Shown here one piece after another: positions 1-12,399 of a stretch of 64,000 nt of DNA; within the stretch, counting starts at the first letter, position 1, and each line of letters opens with the position of its first letter. The position numbers and the translations under genes were made by a program. The notes under the pieces are model-generated. The model was not told the DNA's origin. It worked only from the letters and a program-made list of their open reading frames with translations, and made no database searches. Origin of the DNA: Moniliella sp. 'wahieum' (taxonomy: Eukaryota); assembly GCA_003971905.1 (NCBI GenBank), contig RSEE01000020.1, positions 1-64,000 of the forward strand. Reading direction: 5' to 3'.

Positions 1-199
1 GGGGCTGGATCTATATTTCGCGAGTCCCTCTGTAACAAACTGCCCGAGCTCCCCTCTGACACGCAGCAGAACACCATCGTAGCGAAAGGATACCATGCGG
101 AACTCATATGGATACGCAACAACGCGCAGCCGTCTTGGTCTTGTAGTCACGCCAGGCCACGGGTCACGCCCTCCGGCGTCACTTGGCCGCTTGAGCCCC

Positions 200-325
200 A
201 AGCTTGAGCGCCTTGAAGCTGAGCCCCTTTAAGCTTCAAGCTTCATGTGAGGCTTCAAGTCAAGCTTCAAGCTTCAGGGGGGGATGGCGCCTCCCCGGCT
301 TCAAGCTTCAACTTCACGCTTCACG
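200..325. repeat. Cluster of AAGCTT(C/G) palindromic heptamer repeats upstream of the Sec14-like gene
   Basis: aagcttcaagcttca at 231-245 and 262-276, with further copies at 200 and 303. Confidence 0.85.
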
Positions 326-711
326 AAAGACATACGTCGACGTTCGGGCGTGGGACAGGCGGAGGCTGGGACGGTGGCTGCATGACGCATGACGAGTGCG
401 ATCGGTGATTGGTGATCTTTGGCACGGCGAGTGGCCCCGTCTGGCTGGGCGCTGGCTGGGCTTCGCGCTGACGCATGAGGGCAGTGTGCGGCGGGCGGCG
501 GCGGCTTGGCAGCGGGCGATGTGAGAGGTGATCGGAGAGCGGGCGTGCTGCGCTGAGCTGAGTCGCTGAGTCGGCGCGCCGAGGCGGGCGACTGCCGCTG
601 CGCCCGACCAGAGCCCGCGAGCCAGAGCCTAGCACACGCCACGGCCTGCTGCGGCCCCCCACGTACACGGGGCCTCGTTCTGACGCTGTCTCTCCTTCTT
701 GGCACCGCACC

Positions 712-3097
712 ATGTCCGCACTCCATCCCAGCCCCAGCATCGACAGCTTCTGCTCCGCCACGTCCCTCGCTCTCCCCGCCAGCGACCCGCCCGCCGCCCC
801 TCTGCCCCCTCTGCCCCCCCTCCCCCATGCCACGCCGCCCACGCCTCCGCCGCGCCGCCGCCCGCTCCGCGCCGGCCCCCGCCTCGCCCCATCCCGCTCC
901 GGACGGCTTGTCTCCCTCGTGTCCCAGCTGACCACCCCGGCTCGCGCTCGCCCGCTTCTCCTCCCCCGCCTCCTGCCGACCCCCTCGCCACTCTCTGCCC
1001 AAGCCGGGCTCGGACCCCGCTCCTCGCCAGCACCGGGTGGGTGCGCGGGCAGGCGGTCTTGCCCCCCTCTTCTGGAGCAGCGCATCTCGGCATTATCGGG
1101 TCCCATCCGAAGTCTCCTTGCCCGTTTTACGATCCCTTTGGCGGACGGCTGGTGCCGCTCCCTCGCTCGCCAGCCCGACGTCGCACACCTCGGCCTCGGT
1201 CCGTTCCGCGCGCTCGAACCGATCGCGCACTTCCCTCGCCTCGTTTCTCTGCCTTCTCCTTCGCTTCCTTCCGGCGCAAGTCCCGGCAGCGTCCAGCGCG
1301 CTTCCGCCCCGCCTCGCTGCCACCGCTGGCGCCCACTGCAGGTCCACCATCACCATCGCCTCCACCGCCGCGTCCATTCGGCATCGGCATCGCCCTCGCA
1401 TCTGGATCGGCATCGGTCTCTGCCGCGGCGCTGGCACCGGCCTCGGCATCCTCGCCTGCGCTCCCGGTCCCGCCCCGGACCACTGTACGCTGACGCGCGG
1501 CGGGAGCGGCGCAACGCGCTGTACGCCCGTGGGTGGAGGCCCGGTGGTGCATCGGCGCCAGTCGGCTCGTACCTCGGCCGAGCGCGAGACGCGCGCGACG
1601 GCACAGGCGGTGCTGGCTGCCGCGGGTGTACCAGTACGTGCCGCCCCACCCGACGGCATGGAAGGAGAGTGGTGACTACCTACACTATTCCCGAGGGCCA
1701 TGTGGGCAACTTGACCGCGGCCCAGAGACGGCGCTGGCGGCAGTCTCGTCTTGGGCCTCCACACTCAGGGGGAGCTGCGCCGTTCCCGACGCCGGCGGAC
1801 CCAGTGTATCCCGCTGCGGTGATCCGACGGACGCGGTGCCGGACCCGCCCCCGGCGCCTGCTGGGTGGAGCTAACGAACGCCGCCCGCCGCCAGCCGATG
1901 TCGAGGCGCGCGGCGGGCCGCCGTGTCTCGCGACGCAGCAACGTATCCACCTGCTTCGCTGGCTGCGTGCGCGCGTTGGAACGTGCCCGCTGCGATGGAC
2001 ATGTACCGCCGTGCGCATCGGTGGAAGTACATGTCGCCGGCGGATGCGAGTGCGGCGGCGATTGAGGCCGAGGTCGGGTGCCGCCGTTGGATTTGGAGCA
2101 CAGTTGGCCCATGGCTGGACCTGGTCCGAGGCTGGCTTTGTTGCCCCCCATGGCTGGCGCATGTATTTCCACAAAACCGACAAGCTCGGTCGTCCGATCT
2201 TGATCCAGGACCTGGCCCAGATCGATACTGCGGCCATCTTTGGGCGCGTGACGGGCAGAGATTGTGACCAACTTTGCTGTCACGCTCGAGGCGGCGATCC
2301 GGTACCAGTATGCGTGTGCGTCGGCGCAGGTGCCGCGCACGGTGGAGGACAACTTGATGATCATCAACGTCCAAGGCTTGGGGCTCAGCACGTTTTGGGC
2401 AATGAAGAACGAACTGCAGACGCTCCTGGCGCTGTTGGACAACAACTTTCCCGAGCTGTCGGGCCGCGTGCAAATCATCAATGCACCCTGGTGTTTGCCA
2501 CCATGTTCAATTACATCAAGGCCTGGCTGCCCGCCGCGAGCGCGACAAGATCGATATCAAGGGCAGCGACTATGCGCGCACACTGCGCGAATGGATCGCG
2601 CCCGACGCCCTGCCCCGCTCCTTGGGCGGCTCTTGCACGTGCGGCGACCATGCGTGTGCTGGGACGGCGCGCAGACCCAGCGCGCCGCCGCGGCCGTGTC
2701 CAGCGTAGCGTCCTTGGGCAGCGGCCTGGGCTCGGGGTCGTCGGGGTCGGGATCGGGATCGGGGTCGCGTTGCACTGGCCACGCCGCTGACGACACCAGC
2801 GCCTCGTCGGCCGCCCTGGCGGCCATGGGCACCGACACGGCCAAGGCCGGCACGCTGCCTGCCACCCAGTTTGAGACGCTCGCCTTGCCGCCCGTGCCGG
2901 GGGGGCTGTGCACGGTGACGAATGCCGGCCGTGGCCGCGGACGTATGGCGGGTACCAGCACCTGCGCTTTGGCCCGAGCTTGGTGGCGCACTGAGTGGGA
3001 GCACTGGAGGAGGAGGAGGAGAGGAGGAGGAGGAGGGTTGTGGTACTGGTACTGGCACTGGTGCTGGTACGGAGGATTGACGACGACGCACATATAG
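712..3097 (+). CDS. Sec14/CRAL-TRIO lipid-transfer protein with long low-complexity N-terminus (frameshifted)
   Basis: Motifs across frames: PEGHVGNLTAAQ, YFHKTDKLGRPILIQDL, NLMIINVQGLGLSTFW, LLDNNFPELSGRVQIINAP, DALPRSLGGSCTC, C-terminal GGC...GPW. Start and stop approximate. Confidence 0.85.
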
Positions 3098-3203
3098 GAC
3101 GGACGCGATGCATACAATTTTGAGTTGAATGGAAGAACCCCACTTGGGGGTGTAGTAAGATCGAAGAGTGTGATAGCCACGCCTGGGCAGCAGCCACGCG
3201 CAG

Positions 3204-3310
3204 GTCACATGTCACATGTCACATGTCACATGTCACATGCCCCTGACAGCCATCACATCACGTGCCACATCACATGTCGCATGGCGCATGTCACATGTCA
3301 CCTGTCACTA
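3204..3310. repeat. (GTCACAT)5 tandem array (ACATGT palindrome) plus degenerate copies upstream of adenylate cyclase
   Basis: Five perfect GTCACAT units at 3204-3238; more copies at 3270-3310 and 3447-3505. Confidence 0.9.
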
Positions 3311-4443
3311 GCTATCAACATATCCGGCGCATCCCACCCGGCCTCTCGGCCACGGCTGCTCTCCTCGACCGCATCCAAGCCCAAACGCCAGGCACCAGCC
3401 CCGCACCGCACCTGTGTGTGCGCAGCCGCCGCGGGGGCTGCCTGGCGCATGTCACACACGTCACAAGCGCCATGCCCCGCATGCATCACACATCACACGT
3501 CACACGCGGGCCCCCAGGCGCAGGCGCAGGCGCAGTGTGAGCTTCGCACGGGCGCCGGTGGCGGGGTGCTGCGTGCTGCATGCTGGGCTGGCCGGGGCGG
3601 AACCGCACCGCCCTGCACGCTGCACCCCCGCAGCCGCCTGGGCGATGCATGGGGTGGGTGCTCCCGTGCGGGTGTCACGTGGCATGCGTGGGCGCTGCCA
3701 CACCGCCCGCAGCCACGCGCGCCGGCTGGGCTGCCCAGCGCTGCCGCGCCACGCGCTGCCTGCCGCCACCTGCGAGGGGTCACGCGTCCGCGCCACCCGC
3801 CATCGGAGCACGCCGTCACCGCTCGCCCCCTCACGCGTGCGCGATGCGGCCGGCGCCATGCAGCGCTGCTGCTCTGCGCCTGCTGCGCGACAGCCGGCCT
3901 GGCACCGCGCGGCACCACCCACCCCACCACCCACCCACCCACACCTCCTGCCCGCTGCGCCTCCATCCTGCTCCGCCCGCCCCCCTGGTCTTGCGCCGCC
4001 CGCGCTCCTCCAGCTCCGCCACCCTCTCCCGCACCGCCCCCCCGCCCCCCCACGCCTCCTCCGCCTCCCTCGCCCCCTCCAGCGCCTCCGCCGGCACCCC
4101 AGCCCTGCCCCCCCCGCCGCCGCCGCCTCCGCCCCACCACACCGTCGCCCGCGCCGCCAAGCGCGGCGGCGGCACCATCCTCGCCATCCTCAAGCACGCA
4201 CCCACGCCGCCCACCCGTCCCCCGCTGCCTCCGACCACCCGTCCCCCGCCCCCGCCGCTGGCCCGCGCAGATCCAGGGCGCAGGCCGCGGCCGCGATCGC
4301 CGCCTCCGCACCCTGCCTCTGGCTGGTTCTGCCGCGGCGGGCCTCGCTTCGCCTCTGCCTCTGCTCTGCCTCCCGTCCGTCGCTCGTCCACTCCCATCAC
4401 GCGTACTCCTCCCCCGCCTCCACCCCCGGTAGCCCCAAAGCCC

Positions 4444-7400
4444 ATGTCCAGCGCACCCCGCCCCGTCCCCCCTGCCCTTCCCCTTGCCCTACCCGCTCCC
4501 TCCGCCTCTGCCTCCACCTCCGCCTCTACCCACGCCCGCCTGGCTGGCCAGGAGAGCACGCCCAGTGTGCTGGGACTCGGACTGGGCGTGGAGAGCAGGC
4601 ACCCAGCAGTGGCGAGGACGAGGAGCGACCCGCCGCTTCCATACACGCCTCCGCCCCGCCCCGGGCTCCCGGCAACCAGCTTTGACTTTGAACGGCCCGG
4701 CTGGCTCGATTCTCGGCCCTCGGGCGAGGCCGCCTACTCGCATGGATCCGCCTCCCCCCCGCTTGCCCCACCGTGGCTCGCCCGTCCGCCCGCCAATGCC
4801 GCCTTATTGGACACCGCCGCCCCACCGGACGCCGACCCGCTCGACCCCGAGACGGCTGTCCATTCGCCCCCGTCGCCCGTCGGCTCTGGCCACGTGTCGC
4901 TGCCACCGTCCGGTCCTGGCCCTGGTCCTGGTCATCATCATGGCATCTTCCCCCTGCTGCGCCATCCTGGCAGTGGTGCCCCGGGCCCCGCCCAGCCTCG
5001 AGTCGGCGGGTACCCCACCTTTTGCCCCATCCCCATCCTCACTCTTCTCTGCCGCCTGCCACCACTTCCACCCACCGCTCCTCTCCCAGCCCCCCCGGCT
5101 CTCGCTCAGCTTCGACGCCACGATCGAGCTCCCTCCCGGTCGGCTTCCGCCTCGCGCTCCCGCTCCCACATACGTACGCGTAGTCATTCCCGCGGCCGAT
5201 CTGCCTCCCCGCCACGTTGGCCGAACATCCCTCGCCGCAATGGACCGCCCGCGCCGCCCCAACCGGTCGCATCTGCCCTTCCATACCAAGAAGCGTGCTG
5301 CCCACGACACCCAGTCCCAACGCTCTCTTGATGCCGGCTGACCAATGTGCTGGCCACTTCGTCCTCTGATACCTCCCTGCGCCCTGCTGCCGATGACGAC
5401 GACGCTGGCTCCACCACCCATCCCACCAATCACGATCACGGGTTCCGGATTCACTTGGGTGGATTGTTCAAAAAACATAATCACCGTCATCCTGCCCCTC
5501 CCTCTCACCACCATTCCCATCACCATTCCTCACCATCACAACTCCTCCCCTGGCCCTGTCCAAGCAGCACCATCTCATTCTGTCTCAGCAAGCACAGCGC
5601 ATCTTCCGTCCCTCCCCTCTGTACTGGATCCAGCACGCACCCCATCCCCAGCTCACCTTCGGCCCACGATCCCCTCCGGTCCTCCACATCGCTGCCTACC
5701 CCTCCGGGAACGAATCAACCTGTCCCGGCCTCGCCTGGGCTCGAAGTAGGGGGGCCCTGGCCATTCTTTGCCCCGGCCCACCCCTACACCCTGCCGCCTG
5801 GGTCCAGTAGTCCAGCAGCCCCCTCGGCTCCCATCGCACATGAGAGCAGCTTTATTCCCGCTCGCCCGCTCGCCCCTCGCCCCGGCTCCTGGGCAGCCGC
5901 GCCGCCAGCAACGATCGACCTTCGCTTTGATCCCAACGACGTGACTGCCTTTGTGGATCCCCACCGCTGTCTCGGCCCTCGTCCCCATCTCGGTCTCGCT
6001 CCACGTCGCGTCCACCCCGATCTGGATCTACGTCGCGTGCGCCGTCGCGCGCATCCCCGCCCCGACTGTCCTCCCAGCCCGTTTCCCGCGCGCCTCGCCC
6101 ATCATTCGGGTCCAGCCTCCTGTGGCGCAAGAGGAAGATAAGATGGGCAAACCGGGCCGTCGGTCCCTGCATCATCGCGAATAGGTAGGCCATTGAAGGG
6201 AGGCTGCGCTCTCACTCGACACGCGTGGTATGCGCGGCTCCCCGTTCCTTCCTACTTTCCCTCCTTTGGCATTCCTGCCAGCAAGAGTCCATCCCCTGCC
6301 CCCACTTCACCCCCACGCCCACGCCCACCCCCCGCCCCCTGCGCCGCCTCCCCCACCCATCGTGCCGCCCGAGTCGGTACTGCAACGCCCACCTATTCAG
6401 CCCTTGCCACCCCACACGGCCCCCGCAGTCCAACCTTTCTGGCCTCCAGGCCGATTCCGCGTCGGACGCGCTCCTTCCCGAGCGCACCAGGGTTCGATCT
6501 CTGGCTCTGGCACCGGTTCGGTTCGGGTTCGGGCTCGTGTTAGCCGCCGCGTCGTGGTCCGCCCCGGACAGTTGGGCGGTCAATCCGCCTTCGCCCCCCT
6601 CGTTGAGCTCGCGACGAGAGGAGGAAGAAGAGGAAGACGTGGATGCGCTACTGGACAAGCAACACAGTGCTCCGGCTCAGTTCATTCCACCGGTAGTCTC
6701 CCCCCGTGGCTGGGAGCGAAGAGACGCCGGTCACTGCGCCCCCGCGCGGCCCGAACAATTGGATGGCACCGGATTCCTGGGCTGTTCAAGCGGAAGGCGG
6801 TGGGTCGGAACCGGGCGAGGAAAGGTCTTCCCCTCGACACGGTTTCTACCCCGCAAGAGAAGGAGGCAATGCGCACCAACGGAATGGCTCCCAGCCCGCA
6901 GCTCCTCCCCCGACTCGTTTTCGACCCATCGTGGCTCGGTGGCCACCTTGGGGCCGGACCTAGGTGGGGGCGGCACAGGTCCGACTCGCCTCGGTTCTGC
7001 CCGCTCCGTCGCCCGAATCTTCCACGTTCTCCCTCATTCGTCCTGCCACCGACGGCCGCACCACCGCAGTCCATCCGTTCGGTCCAGTCGGGCCATTCGA
7101 CGCATTCGAACCACTCGGGTCCTCTGGCACCTCGCAGCACCCGGCCTCGACTAAGAAACCCGCCGCGAAACGCGCGCGGTGGGGCGGGGCGTTGGCAGCC
7201 GCGTCGGGCGCGGTGGGCACCGCAGCGTCCCTCTTTGGCGGCTTGCGCAACAACCCGCCCCGCGTGGCTGTGCTCGGCCGGTACGGCCACCATCACCATC
7301 GCGAGCCAGCCAAGGAAGCGCCGGTCGTCGACCCGCCTTCCCGCTACGCTTCTCCCGCCCCCGTCGCCGCGCCAGGCGTACTGGGGCAACCAGCACCCTC

Positions 7401-10400
7401 TCGGGTCTCCCCGAGACGGCGGTACCTCATTATGCGTGGATGTTGGGCTCGCGCGAGCGAACGGGCAGTCCGTCATTGCGTCGCACCACTCTTCGTTGGC
7501 ACCGCCGCCGCCGGCGCCGCCTGCGGCCGCGCCCTTTTCCACCCTGCTTCGGCTGTCGCGTCGGGCATGTGGGCGGACGAAGGAGGCGGCGGATCGGATC
7601 TCTTGTCGGTCTACCGGCATGTGGTTGTGGCCAGCGAGCCGGCTCGGCGCTTGGGCTTGACGCGACCCAGTGTGGCCACGGGCGCACGGCCACCACCACC
7701 TTACCTCCTCGGGCGAGATGGCCAAGGCGCATTTGGTCCGCATCTGGCTCCCCGACGGCTCCTTCACCACCTTGGGTCTTACCCCGCAGACCACCGTCCA
7801 GGAAACCAAGGCGATTTTGACCCGCAAACCCTCGTTCTGGTCCTTGGGCAATTCGTTCCGCTTGTTCGTGTGGGACAAGGGTGCTGGTACGTCCTCGATC
7901 CCCCTGTCTCCCTGTTGCTTGATCCAGCTGCTCCTGGTGTGTGCGCATGTACTGACCTGACCTGACCCGGGTTGCGTTTGCCGAGCGTCCCTTGGGTCCC
8001 AACGAGCGGCCTGCGGTGATGCAGCGCCGCCGTCTCATGCAGGCTGGCTACACGGACGCCGATGGGTTGGAGGAGATTGGCAAGGATGACTTGTCCTACT
8101 TTCTCAAGTTTATCTACCGGCCCGATTTTGTGCCGACGTTTGACTCGGACAGCTTTGGCAACGATCCCGCTCGCTACGCCAACCTGGACCTTCACGCACG
8201 CAACTTGGAGATGGTGCCCATCTTTCTCTACAAGCATGCCGACTGGATCCTGTCGCTCGACCTGTCTGGCAACCCGATCCCCGACGTACCAGCGGACTTT
8301 GTTCAAATGTGCACCCATCTTCGCCACCTGACCTTGACCAACTTGGCGCTCAAGCGCATCCCAGCTGGTGTGCGCGTCTCTGCCTCCCTCACCCACCTCG
8401 ACGTGAGCAACAACCGCATCCTCCGCCTCGAGCCGTCGCTGGAGGAGTGCCAAAATTTGTGCTCGATCAAGGCGCAGAACAACCGGTTGTACCAGCTGCC
8501 ATCGTGGGTGGCCAACGTTGACTCGCTTCGCACCTCCATTGTCCAACAACCGCTTTGATGTGCTGCCGCCCGTGGTGACCCAGTTGCGCAACTTGGCCGA
8601 TCTGGACGTGTCGTTCAACAACCTCCATACGCTGCCTCCCGAGATGGCCAACCTGGCCAACCTGGAGCACCTCAAGGTGGTGGGCAACTCTTTGGAACGC
8701 TTGCCGGACCAGATGGCGCAGTTGGGCAATCTGCAAACGATCGATCTGCGCCGCAACTTGGTGCACGACGTGTCGATCCTGTTTGCCATGCCGCGGGTGA
8801 ATGTGGTGAAATGCGAGCACAATCAGATCCGCCACTTTGAAGCCACGTTGGGGCCAAGATGCGGATTCTGGAAGTGGGGCAGAACCCAATGACCAAGGTC
8901 TCTCTCGGTGCCTTGTCCGCCTCAGACCTCACCAGCCTCAACTTAAGCTCCACCAACATGGCTCGCTTGGACGAGGGCTTGTTCCGCCTGCTGCCTTCGC
9001 TCACCGAGCTCGTTTTGGACCGCAACCAATTTGTCACCCTGCCCGATTCCTTGGGCCAGCTGACCAACCTGGTCGTCTTTAGCGTCAGCAACAACAACTT
9101 GGTCGCCCTGCCCGATTCGATTGGCAACCTGCGCAACTTGACCCGGCTCAACATTCAGAACAACAACCTCAAGCATCTCCCGCTTCCATTTGGCACTGCG
9201 CCGCCTGTACCGTCTCAACGTCACGTCCAACTTGCTCGAGCCTTTCCCGCCCCGCCGGCCACGCCCTTGGCCCCAGCGCTGCCGCGTCGGAGACCGCGTC
9301 GCTGCTGCCGGGCACCAGCTCCGCTTCGGGCACCAGCACCTCGGCCACAACGTCGGATGCCAGCCGCCAAGGCTCGGTGGGCTCGACGTTGCCGTCATCA
9401 ATGGCGACGACGGTGCTGCCGCCGCTGGCATGCAGTTTGCGCCAATTGCGCCTGGCGGACAACCATGTGGCAGACGATGTGTTTACGATTTTGCGCTTGT
9501 TTACCGAGCTCGAGGTGCTCAACTGAGCTTCAACGAGATTTACGAAGTGCCGAGCCACACTTATCCGCCCACACGCGGCTGCAGGAACTGTACTTGTCTG
9601 GCAACAGTTTGACCAGTGTGCCGGAAGACTTGCTGGGCCTGCCTGACCTGCGCATCCTCTTCCTCAATGGAAACAAGCTCCAGACGCTCCCGGCCGAGCT
9701 GGGGCACATGACGGCGCTGGTCAAGCTCGACGTGGGCAACAACAACCTCAAGTACAATGTAGCGAATTGGACGTACGATTGGAACTGGAACAACAACCCC
9801 GACTTGCGCTACCTCAACTTGAGTGGCAACAAGCGGTTTGAGATCAATTCCAAGTTCATCACCCTCTATGGCCGCCGGCAAAACATTACCGACTTTAGCA
9901 ACGTGCGCTCTCTCCGTGTCTTGGGCCTGATGGACGTGACGGTGGCCACGAGCTCGACGCCGGACGATGTGATGAACCGACGGGTGCGCACCTCTCTCTC
10001 CAAAGTCAACAGTCTGTCGTATGGATTGCCGATGCGCTGGGCGAGCGCGACTCGCTGCACACGGTGGATGTGGTGGTGCCGGATTTCCGCAAGCGGATGG
10101 ACAGGAGGCGTTGCTGGGCTTGTTTGCGGGCCGGGGCACGGATGCGAGTGGGGGCAGCAAGATTGCCCGCTTCATGGCCGAGGGCTTGTCGGTGCAGTTG
10201 GAAAAACAACTGATGTTGTTGGAGGCCGATCCCGAGGGCGGACGGTGGAAGATTGTCTGCGCCGGTCGTTTCTCTATCTCAACTCGCTCTTTGCCCAGCT
10301 CATCTCGGACGAACATAAGCGCCGCTCGGACGCGCGCGTGCACGCACTGGAAACCCGCTTGCCCATCAACCGGTCCGACCTCACCTCGCTGCCCGAGTGG

Positions 10401-12239
10401 ACCGAGGGTTGCTCGGCGTGGTGGCGTACTTGACGGGACGGACGTTGTACATTGCCAATGCGGGCGATGCGCTGGCCGTGCTGAGCCACACGGGCGGGCA
10501 GGCGGAGCTGCTGGGCCACAAGCACGAGCCCTTTGACCGCGACGAGACACAACGAATTCGCACGGCGGAAGGGTGGGTGTCGCTGCGCGGGTGCGTGAAC
10601 GATGTGCTGGACGTGTCGCGTGGGTTTGGGTACTACCATCTGTTCCCGGTGGTCAATGCGGCACCAGCGGTACGCAAGGTCGTCTTGGCTGATTCGGACG
10701 AATTTTTGATCTTGGCCAACCGATCCCTGTGGCAGTTCCTCTCCTACCAGACCGCCGTCGACATTGCGCGGATGGAACGCGACGACCCGATGAACGCGGC
10801 GCAGCGCCTGCGCGACCTGGCCATCTCCTACGGCGGCGACGAGAGCATCATGGTGATGATCTTGTCGGTGGCGGATCTATTTGGCCCGCGACGGCCGCCA
10901 AGCGACCGGACTGCCACGTCCGACACGGATGGCATGCGGCGCAAACGGTTTGGCGAATCGCTGGGCGGGAGTTTGCCCGCGGACCGCAACCTGGCTCGGT
11001 TGGAGCGCGAAGTGGCGCCGCCCATTGGCCAGATCGCGCTGGTGTTTACCGACATTCAAAATTCCACCCGCTTTGTGGAGACCAACTCGGGCATGCACAC
11101 CGCTATGCGCATCCACAACTCGCTCCTTCGTCGCCAACTGCGCGTCGTGGCCGGGTTTGAAAGTAAGGTCGAAGGCGATGGGATGATGGTACGTCTGGGT
11201 TCCCATTGGCGCTTCCGCTTCCTTTGTGCACGCATCTGGTCGGCCGATTTTTCTGACTGGGATCTCTCTTTTGCTTTTGTGTTTTGTTTCTGGGACGTTT
11301 AGGCTAGCTTTTCGAGCGTCTCGGCTGCGCTGTTGTGGTGCTTTAATGTGCAAATGCTTCCTGAAAGAGGATTGGCCTCAAGAGCTGCTTGAGAGCGAGG
11401 AGGGCAAGGAGGTACGCGACGAGGAGGGCAACGTGATTTACCGTGGCCTTCGGCTCCGGATGGGCATTCATTGGGGCAGTCCGGTGTGTGAGCCCGACCC
11501 GATTACGGGCGAATGGACTACTTTGGTCCGATGGTCAACCGGGCCGCGCGGATTCAGAGTGCGGCGCGCGGCGGGCAAATCTTTGTGAGCCAGGACGTGG
11601 TGCAAGAACTGACGGACACGATGGGCGCCTTGGACTCGACCAACCCGGCACGGACGGAAGAGGAGGAGGTGGGACACCAGGCCAGTCGCGACGTCACCTT
11701 GCTCCGCCGGATGGGATTCGGCATCAAGGAGATTGGCTTCCGTCGGCTCAAGGGACTGGAGAGTCCCGAGCTGCTGTACAATGTGTACCCGAGCGCGATT
11801 GCCGGGCGGCTGCTGCACGATCCGTCGCTGCAGGACCCGGCGGTACCGTTGCGGGTGTTTGAACCGACGGTGCAGTTGCTGGATGCGCAGCAGGTGCGCC
11901 AGATGGCGTTGTGTGCGTGCGCATCGAGGCCTTGAGCGCCGGCCACGTATTTGCCGGCCTCGCGACGACGAGGGTGGCCTGCTCCCGGCCTGTAAGAGGT
12001 CCTTGATGGTCGAGCAAACAGCGACGGCGCAACCAGAGTTGCTAGTATGCGGGGTACGCGACGATGCATCGGACGAAGAGTTGGCGGTGGTGCTGGCCCA
12101 GGTGACCACTCGCCTGGCCAATGCGGCGAGCAAGATGACACTGGACTCGATGCTGGCCACAGCCGGCGCGGGCGACGGGCTAAGCGTGCCGCTGGCGGAG
12201 CTGCATGCGCTCGTCGCGCGGCTGCAGCACCTGGGCTGA
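4444..12239 (+). CDS. CYR1: Fungal adenylate cyclase (disordered N-terminus, Ras-association region, LRRs, PP2C-like domain, class III cyclase domain); frameshifted, introns near 7888-7985 and 11189-11301
   Basis: ERPAVMQRRRLMQAGYTDADGLEEIGKDDLSYFLKF; many LRRs (LDLSGNP, LQELYLSGNSLTSVP); YNVANWTYDWNWNNNPDLRYLNLSGNKRFEI; PP2C-like LYIANAGDALAVLS...VSRGFG; cyclase IALVFTDIQNST...EGDG, LRMGIHWGSPVCEPDPIT, MDYFGPMVNRAARI. Start uncertain and may lie upstream (~3858). Confidence 0.95.
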
Positions 12240-12399
12240 TGGTGGGCACAAGATCTGGCCTGAATCCAGCGTAGGCCGTTGTACGAGCGCGATGCGTGCG
12301 GCGGGCACGCTGCCGAGGCGAGGGGGGGATGAGGGGCTGGTGGAAGGCGAGAGATGTGGGGTTCTACTGGCTATGAGAGCCGCAGAAGGCTGTTTGGTT

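Noticed and set aside
301..7900. Many long overlapping Arg/Pro/Gly-rich ORFs on both strands
   Set aside because: Expected from very high GC (few stop codons); they are shadow frames of the Sec14-like and adenylate cyclase genes
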